From Trueperaceae bacterium (GTDB lineage Bacteria; Deinococcota; Deinococci; Deinococcales; Trueperaceae), in contig CBDCDZ010000004.1 in assembly GCA_965215565.1 (NCBI GenBank), positions 3,328,001 through 3,392,000 of the forward strand: DNA of 64,000 nucleotides, given 5' to 3'. Positions 19,502 through 28,110 of the stretch are shown here, piece after piece; the first letter of the stretch is position 1, and each line of letters starts with the position of its first letter. Below the pieces are notes generated by a model. The model saw only the letters and a program-made list of their open reading frames with translations. It did no database searches and was not told the DNA's origin. The translations under genes and the position numbers were made by a program.

Positions 19502-19617
19502 GGTGTGGTTCTAAATCGAATGCCGCCGTGTGCTTCTTCTACCATCTCTGTGTAGATGAACAAGGGGTTTCAACCCCTTGTTTTGACACCACTGTCATTC
19601 TAAATAGAGCCACTACC
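19502..19617. mobile_element. MITE-like element, family 2
   Basis: Imperfect ~24-bp terminal inverted repeats: GGTGTGGTTCTAAATCGAATGCC versus the reverse complement GGTAGTGGCTCTATTTAGAATGAC. Internal AACAAGGGGTTTCAACCCCTTGTT palindrome. Confidence 0.7.
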
Positions 19618-19641
19618 TCACTTAAACGTCCGAGTCAGGCG

Positions 19642-21639
19642 TTAGCTCGAGGTTGCCAACACCTCTAAAGGCGTAATTTCCAAGCTCCGCCCTTTCGCGT
19701 GCTCTTGCAGGTGAGTGATGAACGCATCCGTCCCTACGCCGTTTTGGTTCGGTTCCTTGCGGCTGCGGAAGGAGAGGGCGTCGTTCTCTAACTCCTTATC
19801 GCCAACGATGACGATATAGGGCACCTTGTAAAGCTCCGCCTCGCGCACCTTGTACTGCATTCGCTCGCTGCTGGTATCCACCTCAGCGCGTAGTCCCGCC
19901 TCGAAGAGACGTTCTTTAAGCGCGTGCGCGTACTCGTTGTGACGGTCCGCGATCGGCACGATGCGTACCTGTTCAGGCGCGAGCCACAGCGGGAAGTCGC
20001 CCGCGAAGTGTTCCAACAGAAAGCCGATAAAGCGCTCGTGAGTCGAAAGAGGTGCGCGGTGCAAGCAGAGCGGCACCCTCTTCTCACCCGTTTCGTCGAT
20101 GTAGAAAAGCCCGAGCCGCTCCGGTTGCGCGAAGTCTACTTGGTTGGTCGCTAGAGTGAACTCGCGCCCGATGGCACTCTTGATCTGTACGTCGATTTTG
20201 GGACCATAAAAGGCGGCCTCATCCTCGACTTCGACGAAGGGGACGCTGTTTTTCGTCATTGCGTTACGCACCATCTCTTCGGTTTTGAGCCAAAGAGGTT
20301 CGTTGTCTACGTACTTCTTGCCCAAACCGTCCTTGCTGTGTTTCGAAAGGCGCATCACATAATCTTGAATGTCGAAGAGGTTGAAGTAGTAGAGGTACAT
20401 CTCGATGACGTTCAAAAACTCGCGTTCGAACTGTTCTTCGGTGCAGTAGATGTGCGCGTCGTTCATCTGCAAGCTGCGCACGCGCATGAGCCCCATCAGC
20501 GCGCCCGAGCCCTCGTAGCGGTAGCAGGTGCCGTACTCGGCTAGGCGGATGGGCAGGTCTCTATAGCTGCGCGGACGTGCGGCGAAGATTTTGTGGTGAA
20601 AGGGGCAGTTCATCGGCTTCATGAAGTAGCGGACGTTCTCCAACTCCATCGGTGGGTACATGTCCTCTTCGTAGTAGGCGAGGTGCCCGCTCTTGATGAA
20701 GAGCTGGTCTTTGGCGAGGTGCGGGCTCTTCACACGCTGGTAGCCCGCTCTCAGTTCGACCTCTTTAGCCAGCCCCTCGAGTTCCTCGATCATCACCCCG
20801 CCACGCGGCAGCCAGAGTGGTAAACCGGGACCGACATCCTCGTCTAGAGTGTAGATGTCCAACTCCGCGCCCAACTTGCGGTGGTCGCGCTTTTTGGCCT
20901 CCTCGAGCATCCACAGGTGCTGCTCTAACTCATCCTTAGTCTTGAACGCCGCGCCGTAAATCCGCTGGAGCATTGGGCGCGACTCGTCACCGCGCCAATA
21001 CGCGCCCGCGACGCTCATCAGCTTGAAGTGTTGCGGGATGTCGCCCGTGCTCGGTACGTGCGGACCCCTACAGAGGTCGGTGAAACCCTCTTCTCCGCCT
21101 TGTTCGTAAAAGGTCAAAGCAACATCTTCGGGAAGGTCGCGTATAAGCTCGAGTTTATACGGGTCACCCACCTCTTCGTAGCGCGCCACCGCCTCTTCTC
21201 TCGGCAACGCATAGCGGCGCAGCGGCAACTTCGCCTTGACGATTTCGCGCATTCGCCTTTCGACGTCCTCTAAGTCTTCAGCGCTGAGCGTGTCCGGCAC
21301 GTCGAAGTCGTAGTAAAAGCCGTTTTCGATAACGGGACCGATGCCCATCTTCACGTCGCTACGCCCGAACCCTCTCTCCGCAAAGAGGTCGACAACCGCT
21401 TGCGCCATCACGTGCGCCAAGGTGTGGCGCATGAGGCGCAGGACCTCATCGTCGCGCTTCGTCAGGATGGTGACGCCGGCTCCGTCTGGCACCTCGCTGA
21501 AGAGGTCGCTGAGCTGTCCGTTCACCGTGCCGCCTAGCGCCGCTTTCGCTAAACCAGGACCGATAGCTTCGGCGACATTTTGTAAGGTTGCATGTTCGGG
21601 CAAGTCGAGACGCTTGCCGTCGGGTAAAGTTACGTGCAT
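19642..21639 (-). CDS. thrS: Threonine--tRNA ligase
   Basis: TGS domain; RHTLAH and DLCRGPH editing motifs; RDHRKLG, KPMNCP, AFYGPKID; anticodon-binding domain. Confidence 0.98.
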   Translation of the reverse strand: MHVTLPDGKRLDLPEHATLQNVAEAIGPGLAKAALGGTVNGQLSDLFSEVPDGAGVTILTKRDDEVLRLMRHTLAHVMAQAVVDLFAERGFGRSDVKMGIGPVIENGFYYDFDVPDTLSAEDLEDVERRMREIVKAKLPLRRYALPREEAVARYEEVGDPYKLELIRDLPEDVALTFYEQGGEEGFTDLCRGPHVPSTGDIPQHFKLMSVAGAYWRGDESRPMLQRIYGAAFKTKDELEQHLWMLEEAKKRDHRKLGAELDIYTLDEDVGPGLPLWLPRGGVMIEELEGLAKEVELRAGYQRVKSPHLAKDQLFIKSGHLAYYEEDMYPPMELENVRYFMKPMNCPFHHKIFAARPRSYRDLPIRLAEYGTCYRYEGSGALMGLMRVRSLQMNDAHIYCTEEQFEREFLNVIEMYLYYFNLFDIQDYVMRLSKHSKDGLGKKYVDNEPLWLKTEEMVRNAMTKNSVPFVEVEDEAAFYGPKIDVQIKSAIGREFTLATNQVDFAQPERLGLFYIDETGEKRVPLCLHRAPLSTHERFIGFLLEHFAGDFPLWLAPEQVRIVPIADRHNEYAHALKERLFEAGLRAEVDTSSERMQYKVREAELYKVPYIVIVGDKELENDALSFRSRKEPNQNGVGTDAFITHLQEHAKGRSLEITPLEVLATSS

Positions 21640-21695
21640 AAAAGTACCTCGGGAAAAATCAGAGTTTTAGTTCGTTTAGGATAGTGTATACAGCA

Positions 21696-21785
21696 TTAAA
21701 AGCGCCCAAAGCGGCGCGTTCGAGTCGTCGGATGAAGAGGGAGACTCGAGAGATAAGCAAATTCAGCGTGAGGTCTTATCCTCAT
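21696..21785 (-). promoter_or_regulatory. Candidate thrS leader peptide / attenuator (MRIRPHAEFAYLSSLPLHPTTRTRRFGRF)
   Basis: 29-codon uORF with ACG ACT CGA ACG (T-T-R-T) just before a GCGCC-GCTTTG-GGCGC-TTTT hairpin. TATGGT -10-like box at 21802-21797. Confidence 0.4.
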
Positions 21786-21903
21786 GACTCCAAAGTACCA
21801 TAAGTTGGGGTTTTTTAGAGCGTTACGCCTTAAAGCATTTCAGCATAGGTGAAGCACATAGTGCTTTAGGCTTTCAGCCTTAACCTGCGCTCTAACCTGT
21901 GTC

Positions 21904-21962
21904 AGCGAGTCAGCACTTCAGGTTTTAAGTCTTTCCTTGACGAGCTGAAACGCTGACTCGCT
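21904..21962. repeat. Inverted repeat in the thrS / aroE-like divergent intergenic region
   Basis: AGCGAGTCAGC (21904-21914) and GCTGACTCGCT (21952-21962) form a perfect 11-bp inverted repeat. Confidence 0.65.
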
Positions 21963-22045
21963 ACTCTCCCACCTCTAAAGCAAGAACTTGCCAATCGGCA
22001 CGAACCCTTACACACACCTCTCTAAATAGTATACACTGTATTATC

Positions 22046-22831
22046 ATGAACTTGATTGCCTTGCTCTGCACGGACCCACAGCTCAGCCATACGCTCAGCC
22101 ATTTCCGCAAGGCGTCTCTAGACCTCTATCTTCACCCCGTTACGCACGCCGACATAGGCGAGGTGTCGCGCTCGCTCGCGCCGATGGGCTTTGCGGGCGT
22201 GCTCGTGTTGGACGAAGCGCAACATGCACGGACATATAGCGCGGCGCAGCGCAGCTCGCTCGACGCGCATGAGGTCGGCGCAGCCGATACGCTGAGCGTC
22301 TCCATCGGTGGACTCTTAGCGGAATACAACCTCGGACGCGCCGTCGGCGCAGCCTTGCAAAACAGGGGGTGGGACGCGCGCGGGGCGAACGTCGTGCTTT
22401 TAGGGGAAGGCGCACTCGCAAGAGCGGCGTGCCGGGAACTCTCGAGCTTGGGAGCCGCTCACCTGACCGTCCTAGCCACGAACCGCCCCACTGCCGAGAT
22501 GACGTCGCAGTACGCCTACGCCGCCAGCACCGAAATCACCGCCCGCGCCTACCGCGACCCCTTAGCACAGAGTTATTTGAGCCGCGCCGACCTCTTGGTC
22601 CGCATCGACGAACGCGCGAGCGTCCCCCCTAAGATTCTCGGACCTCACCTGAGTGTGGTGGACTTCTCGCGCCAAGCGATGAGCCCGCTTCGCCAACAAG
22701 CGGTCAGCTTAGGCGCGGTGGCTCTAAGCTACCGCGACGTGCAGGCGCACCAGATCGCTTTAGGGTTGGAGGCTATTTTGGGCACGCAGGTCAATCCGAA
22801 TGACTTCTTGGCGGCGCTGCACTCACCTTAA
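22046..22831 (+). CDS. Shikimate dehydrogenase-like protein, degenerate
   Basis: EVGAADTL corresponds to xIGAVNT; VVLLGEGALARA is a Rossmann-like motif; LTVLATNR follows. The catalytic NTD/PxK motifs are missing. Confidence 0.65.
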   Translation: MNLIALLCTDPQLSHTLSHFRKASLDLYLHPVTHADIGEVSRSLAPMGFAGVLVLDEAQHARTYSAAQRSSLDAHEVGAADTLSVSIGGLLAEYNLGRAVGAALQNRGWDARGANVVLLGEGALARAACRELSSLGAAHLTVLATNRPTAEMTSQYAYAASTEITARAYRDPLAQSYLSRADLLVRIDERASVPPKILGPHLSVVDFSRQAMSPLRQQAVSLGAVALSYRDVQAHQIALGLEAILGTQVNPNDFLAALHSP

Positions 22832-22888
22832 ACACTGTGTGAAAATTAACTCATAAACCCGTGTGACAGGCGTCATAGACTAGGATTT

Positions 22889-24709
22889 GTGAACGTCCGC
22901 CGCTTGACCTCTTTACTGCTACTCTGCTCGAGCCTCGCCTTCGCTCAGCAAGGGGCGCTTTACGAACTCCCTTACGCTTCGGTCCAGCGCTCGAACGAAA
23001 CGCTGACGCTCCGTTACGACGGCAGGCAGGCGCGGTACGTGGAGGGTGTGGGGTGGCTCGAGCCTACCTTAAACGCCGCCCCGCGTATCGAAGGCGACGA
23101 GGTCTTCGTAGATAGTTCGGTCTTGGCGTATTTCGGCGTAGAGCTGCCCAAGCTGGCGGGTGTGCGCTTCAGCAAGCGGAGCGCGGGCTCGGAGGCGAGT
23201 ATCACCACCTCGCGGTTCGAACAAGAGGAGGTGCAGAACGTCCGGCTCGTTTTGGATTTTAGTGAGTTTGAAAGTATAAGAGGTCTGGAGCGGTTAGAGG
23301 AAGAGGGCGAGGTGGCGAAGGATGAGGCGTTAGAGCTTATTCTGCCGAGGGTCTTGCTTCCGCTAGGCGTACCTGAAGAGGTAGAGGGGTTGGGGTTGGA
23401 GCTAAACACCACCTCCATCATGACGAAGCTCAACTTGGGCGGCGCGGGCGATTCGGATGAGGATAGCGCGGCGTTTCGCTACCGCGTCTTTCCCCTTGAA
23501 AATCCGACGCGGCTTGTGATTGACTTGGCAATTGAGCAGCCGCGAACCCCTACGTTCCAAGCTGAAACGCCGGATACACCCACGGAAGAACCATCCGCGC
23601 AGGTTGACACGCCGCTTGATTTTGACGCCGACGAACAAACAGATGCTGATGCGCCGGTAAGTCCTAGCGAGCAGCGCGAAGCGGAGTTTGACGCTCGAGA
23701 TAACAACGCGGTTGAGGAGACTTGGACCGCGCCGCCGCTAGAGAAACCGCTCGTCCTCCATCCCGCTGTCACGCAGCGGCGCATGACGTACCCGACGCTC
23801 CTCGGCGAAAGCCGCGTTGATATCGTCGAAATCGTGCCCGGCTACGGCGAGTTTCGCGTGGTGGGTGAGTCGTTCGTGCCGCGGACGCTTTCCGAGTTGT
23901 CGGTAGGCTCTCTCGCGGCGATCAACGCGAGCTACTTCGACACGGCTGACCTGCGCACCATCGGGCTTTTGGAGATAGACAACACGCTCCTCTCGCTGCC
24001 GACTAGAAACCGCGCGGGCATCGGCTTCGGCTTTGGTAGCCCAGTGATCGGCCGGATTCAGGCGACGGTGGAATTGAATATTAGCGGACAGGTGAAGAGG
24101 TTCGAGACGCGCCGAGCCGACCTTCAAATCTACACGGCGGCGGGGCGAGAGGTGGGCAGTCCGAGGCAAGGGGCAATCGTGGTGCAGCGCGGGCGCGTCC
24201 TGATGAACAAAGTTGGACCGAGGCGCGTGCCACAGGGCGGCATGGTCATCGCGTATGAGCCGGATTTGCGCGAGTTGGCGCTCGTGGATGCCGGGGACCG
24301 CGTGAGCGTCGCGGCGGACCTCTTTCCGTCGGCGTTCAACTTCGTGGAGTACGCGGTGGAGGCGGGACCGCTCCTCGTGGCGGACGGCCGCGCGGCGTAT
24401 GAGCCGGGGCTCGAGGCGTTCAGCCCCAACCCGCTCAGCAATGTGAACCGCCCCGCCAGCCGCGCCGCCATCGGGCTAAAAGAGGACGGCACTGTCATGT
24501 TCGTCACCGCGACGAACATGACAGCGAGAGACCTCGTCCCGCTCTTTCTGTCGCTCGGCGCGGACCGCGCCCTGCAGATGGACAGCGGCGGTAGCAGCAC
24601 GATTGTAGCGGCCGGAAAGGTCATCAACCGCCCGCCGAGTTCGCAGCGCAAGATTGCCACAGCGGTCGTTTATGTGCCCTTCGATTTGGGCGAGGTGGAG
24701 GAGCCTTAG
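22889..24709 (+). CDS. Exported phosphodiester glycosidase (NAGPA-like) family protein
   Basis: Signal peptide, PTRLVID (AMIN-like), AINASYF, EAGPLLV, RAAIG and MDSGGSS motifs. Confidence 0.85.
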   Translation: MNVRRLTSLLLLCSSLAFAQQGALYELPYASVQRSNETLTLRYDGRQARYVEGVGWLEPTLNAAPRIEGDEVFVDSSVLAYFGVELPKLAGVRFSKRSAGSEASITTSRFEQEEVQNVRLVLDFSEFESIRGLERLEEEGEVAKDEALELILPRVLLPLGVPEEVEGLGLELNTTSIMTKLNLGGAGDSDEDSAAFRYRVFPLENPTRLVIDLAIEQPRTPTFQAETPDTPTEEPSAQVDTPLDFDADEQTDADAPVSPSEQREAEFDARDNNAVEETWTAPPLEKPLVLHPAVTQRRMTYPTLLGESRVDIVEIVPGYGEFRVVGESFVPRTLSELSVGSLAAINASYFDTADLRTIGLLEIDNTLLSLPTRNRAGIGFGFGSPVIGRIQATVELNISGQVKRFETRRADLQIYTAAGREVGSPRQGAIVVQRGRVLMNKVGPRRVPQGGMVIAYEPDLRELALVDAGDRVSVAADLFPSAFNFVEYAVEAGPLLVADGRAAYEPGLEAFSPNPLSNVNRPASRAAIGLKEDGTVMFVTATNMTARDLVPLFLSLGADRALQMDSGGSSTIVAAGKVINRPPSSQRKIATAVVYVPFDLGEVEEP

Positions 24710-24764
24710 TCGCGTGGATAAGGCGAAGTTAGAAGCTTATATTCTCCTTCTGCTGAACAACCTC

Positions 24765-25607
24765 TTAGTTGTCCCCTCCGCCCGACTTCTGACCTCTCGG
24801 TTGTCCTTTTACTCTCGAGACCTCGCGCGCCGGGTACTCCTCAAAGCCGCCCTCATCGAGTTTCATCTCGACGCTCCCCTTTAGGGGATTGAGTTTCACC
24901 ACGCGCCCGCACGCGCCGCTCGTTTCGTGGCACGCTTTGGAGCCCTTTTTCGGCAGCCCTTTGAGGAGTTCTTTATACATGTCGTGCTCGTACTGTAAGC
25001 AGCACATGAGGCGTCCGCAAGGGCCGCTGATTTTCTCAGGGTTTAAGGGAAGCTGCTGGTCTCGCGCCATACGAATCGAGACAGCGTTAAAGCTTTGCAA
25101 CCAGGTGGATGAGCACGAGCCGCCGCCGCACGCGCCGAGCGTGCCTAGAATGCGGGCTTGGTCACGCGGCCCGACGTTGTCGAATTCGATGCGTGCGCCC
25201 GTGTAGCCCATGAGTGCTTGCGCCAGCGGACGCAGTGAAACGGAGCCCTCGGCGCTATAGGTGACGACCAAAAGCGATTCGTCCAATGTGAACTCCAAGC
25301 GAATCACCTTCATCTTCTCGCCGCGCTCTCTGGCGCGCGCTTTTAAGAGCCACTTGAGGTCGTCGGCTTTAGCTTCCAAGGCGTCGTGAGCCTCGAGGTC
25401 CTCAGGGTGCGCCACGCGCACGATCTGACCGCTCGGTTTCGCGTCTCCTCGCGGCGGTGTGCGCACGAGGGCAACTTCCAAACCGCGCCTCGTATTGACG
25501 ACGCACTGCGAGCCCACCCCAGGCTGTTGAGGGGGCACCTCCGGCGGCACCTCCATGTAGTGTAATTTTGGTCCATTCTCAAAGCGGACACCGACGTATT
25601 CGGGCAC
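24765..25607 (-). CDS. ricT: RicT/YaaT (PSP1 C-terminal domain) protein
   Basis: VGVRF, GARIEF..VGPRDQARILG.LGACG and VSIRMARDQQLPLNPEKISGPCGRLMCCLQYE. Confidence 0.9.
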   Translation of the reverse strand: MPEYVGVRFENGPKLHYMEVPPEVPPQQPGVGSQCVVNTRRGLEVALVRTPPRGDAKPSGQIVRVAHPEDLEAHDALEAKADDLKWLLKARARERGEKMKVIRLEFTLDESLLVVTYSAEGSVSLRPLAQALMGYTGARIEFDNVGPRDQARILGTLGACGGGSCSSTWLQSFNAVSIRMARDQQLPLNPEKISGPCGRLMCCLQYEHDMYKELLKGLPKKGSKACHETSGACGRVVKLNPLKGSVEMKLDEGGFEEYPAREVSRVKGQPRGQKSGGGDN

Positions 25608-25631
25608 TTTTTCCTCCCGTTACTCTTTATA

Positions 25632-25761
25632 TAGCAAGTTACTTCGTATAGCTTCACTGAGACCTTTGGCGTTGCCAAAACTTCGTCCCTGCGGGCTTTC
25701 AGACTGCTTGCAGCAGCTTTCAGAAAGCGGCAATCTATCTCAGTATGTTTTGGAACTGCTA
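25632..25761 (+). mobile_element. MITE-like element, family 1, copy D
   Basis: TAGCAAGTTACTTCGTATAGCTTC...TCTCAGTATGTTTTGGAACTGCTA. Confidence 0.75.
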
Positions 25762-25851
25762 AGAAAAGCTGAACTCACGGCTCACCTCAGATTCATAGCG
25801 TACCAATTTTGTAGACCATTCGCAGAAAAGAATACTTCACATTGGCGCTGT

Positions 25852-26499
25852 TCAGGTGAAAAGCCCACCCTGCACGGTTCGCTGCGCGACGGGCTTAAAA
25901 CTCTTCCGGTGGAGCGGGCAAGGACCGCGTTCAGACAGCGCCGCCAGGTGCTGCGCAGAGCCGTAGCCCTTGTGTTTGGCGAAACCGTAAGCCGGATAAC
26001 GGGCGTGCGCGTGAACCATCAGGTGGTCTCTCGTCGTCTTCGCTAGGATGCTCGCCGCTGCAACTTGATAGCTCTGGGCGTCCCCCTTGACGGCGGCGAC
26101 GACGGGACCAGGGAAGTCTAGCTTGAGAAAATCCGTGACGAGCGCGTCCGCGCCGAGGCGCAGCGCGTGAAGCGCGCGCTGCGCCGCCAAGTGCGTGGCG
26201 CGCAGGACGTTGAGTGCGTCCACCTCTTCGGCGCTCGCCTGACCTACCGCCCACGCTAAGGCGTTCGCTCTGACCTCTCGCGCAAAGGTCTCACGTTGCG
26301 CCGCGCTGAGCGTTTTGGAGTCGTCGAAAGCGTGCTCGGCGACGGGAAGAACGACGGCGGCAGCCACGACGGGTCCGGCGAGCGCGCCGCGCCCGGCTTC
26401 ATCTATGCCGGCGGTGCAGGCGTGTCCGGCGCTCCAGAGAGGGGACTCGAGCCCCCACCCCGGCGTCAGCTTACCTTCAGTCTTGCGCGAGGACGACAC
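25852..26499 (-). CDS. rnhB: Ribonuclease HII
   Basis: Motifs AGIDEAGRGALAGPVV, DSK, VKGD, AAASILAK and HKGY. Confidence 0.96.
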   Translation of the reverse strand: MSSSRKTEGKLTPGWGLESPLWSAGHACTAGIDEAGRGALAGPVVAAAVVLPVAEHAFDDSKTLSAAQRETFAREVRANALAWAVGQASAEEVDALNVLRATHLAAQRALHALRLGADALVTDFLKLDFPGPVVAAVKGDAQSYQVAAASILAKTTRDHLMVHAHARYPAYGFAKHKGYGSAQHLAALSERGPCPLHRKSFKPVAQRTVQGGLFT

Positions 26500-27667
26500 C
26501 GTCAGTGAGAAGCTCCTTCGCCTCTACAGGCACGCTAAAGTAAAAGGTGCTGCCCCGTCCAACTTTGGATTCGACCCAAATTTCGCCGCCGTGCTTCTCG
26601 ACGGCGAGTTTGCAGAAGGTTAGACCCATACCCGTGTCGAAGCGGTCGTGCACCGTGTGGCGCGACTGCTCGAAAGCGTTGAAGATGCGCTTATGGTCCG
26701 CTTCGGGGATGCCTTCGCCGTCGTCGCGTACGGACAAGACCACGTGTTCATCCTCTTTCCAGGCGCGAAAGTCTACATGACCGCCGCGCCGCGTGTGCTT
26801 GACCGCGTTCGCGAAGAGGTTGGCGAGCACGCGGCGCAAAAGACCCTTATCCGCGAAAATGCGCTCCGCCTCGGGGCGCACCAACACGCTGAAATGCCGC
26901 CCTTCGTGCGAACTTCTTGCGTCGCCTAGCGCGGTCTCGACTAGCCCGGTCAGATTTTCTATCCAAGTTGGATCGTAGGGCATGTGACCCTCTTTCATGC
27001 GACGCACGTCGAGGATATTGGCGGCCAAGTTGAGCAGGTGTTGCGACTCGCCCCGCGCCAGACTCAGCAGCTCGACGACGCCCTGTTCGTCGTCGGTGGT
27101 GTGCATGATGTCGATGGTGTGGTCTAAAAGTCCCATCACGCTGGCAATCGGACTCTTGAGGTCGTGGACGAGCATGTGCGTGAGGTCATCCTTGACGCGC
27201 TCAGCCTCTTTGAAAGCGTCCTCGAATCCGCGTAGCCGCGCCAGGGTCTCGCGTAGCCCCGCGTCCGCTTGCGCCTTTTCCAGGTAGCGTTTCAAATAAG
27301 CGCGCAGCAGCTCGGGCGACGCCTGCGAAAGGTAGAGGTCTGCGCCCGAACCGAGCGCGGCCAGGTGACGCGCCGCGTGGCGCGCTTCATCCGCTAACGT
27401 GTCGTCGCCCAAACAGACGAGCGGCACGTTAGCGAGCGGCTTTCTGCGCCGCAAGAGCGAGATGAGGTCGAGTTGCGGCACGCTCGCCACCAGCGCGTCG
27501 TCCAACACAATGGCGGCGGGGACCGCGCCGCGCGTGTGGTAGAGCAGCCCTTCGACATCGGCTAAGACGCGGCTTTGCAGGCCCAGGGTGCGGGCGACAG
27601 GTGAGAGCGCGTCGCCGCGCTCGGCGCTAGACATGGCGATAAAAAGCTCAGGGGTGGACGCGGACAT
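26477..27667 (-). CDS. Cytoplasmic sensor histidine kinase with a degenerate N-terminal receiver-like domain
   Basis: H-box LVHDLKSP, N-box NLFANAVKH, G1 DDGEGI, G2 GMGL. No TM segment. Confidence 0.9.
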   Translation of the reverse strand: MSASTPELFIAMSSAERGDALSPVARTLGLQSRVLADVEGLLYHTRGAVPAAIVLDDALVASVPQLDLISLLRRRKPLANVPLVCLGDDTLADEARHAARHLAALGSGADLYLSQASPELLRAYLKRYLEKAQADAGLRETLARLRGFEDAFKEAERVKDDLTHMLVHDLKSPIASVMGLLDHTIDIMHTTDDEQGVVELLSLARGESQHLLNLAANILDVRRMKEGHMPYDPTWIENLTGLVETALGDARSSHEGRHFSVLVRPEAERIFADKGLLRRVLANLFANAVKHTRRGGHVDFRAWKEDEHVVLSVRDDGEGIPEADHKRIFNAFEQSRHTVHDRFDTGMGLTFCKLAVEKHGGEIWVESKVGRGSTFYFSVPVEAKELLTDGVVLAQD

Positions 27668-27823
27668 CGGTGCTCACTATAGCAGGCAGAGACGCCGCGT
27701 CACGGTGAAATCTCATAAGGGGTTCACGCTAAAGGATGGATGAAACGGTGGGTCTCGAGCGCTCCGTGGGGGCGCACCGAGTCGCGCGAACTTCGCTTCG
27801 CCATGTTCGGAATCTCTTTATCA

Positions 27824-28053
27824 TAGCAGGTTACTTCGTATAGCTTCGCTCAATCATCTGGTCTGAGTGCGCGAAGCGATGCGAAGCAACACTCCCACTT
27901 TTGAGAACATCGTTTCCTAGCGGAAGACTGCGTCTGCTCGCTCACGCGGAGCAGCTTTCAGAAATGTAGCACGCACATTATGAGATGAAATCCCGCTAGT
28001 CCTTGCGGACGGAGATCTGCGTCCCTTTGTCTCAGTATGTTTTGGAAGTGCTA
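27824..28053 (+). mobile_element. MITE-like element, family 1, copy E
   Basis: TAGCAGGTTACTTCGTATAGCTTC...TCATCTGGTC...TCTCAGTATGTTTTGGAAGTGCTA, flanked by TCA on both sides. Confidence 0.8.
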
Positions 28054-28074
28054 TCATATGTAAAATCCGTTTAC

Positions 28075-28105
28075 TCCTACCTCAACCTTGTGGGTTGAGG
28101 TAGGA
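28075..28105 (-). terminator. Hairpin immediately downstream of corA (probable terminator)
   Basis: TCCTACCTCAACC-TTGTG-GGTTGAGGTAGGA, a 13-bp stem. Confidence 0.6.
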
Positions 28106-28110
28106 AACAC

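Noticed and set aside
21640..22045. T-box riboswitch upstream of thrS
   Set aside because: No TGGNACC antiterminator core or recognisable stem I motifs seen on the minus strand.
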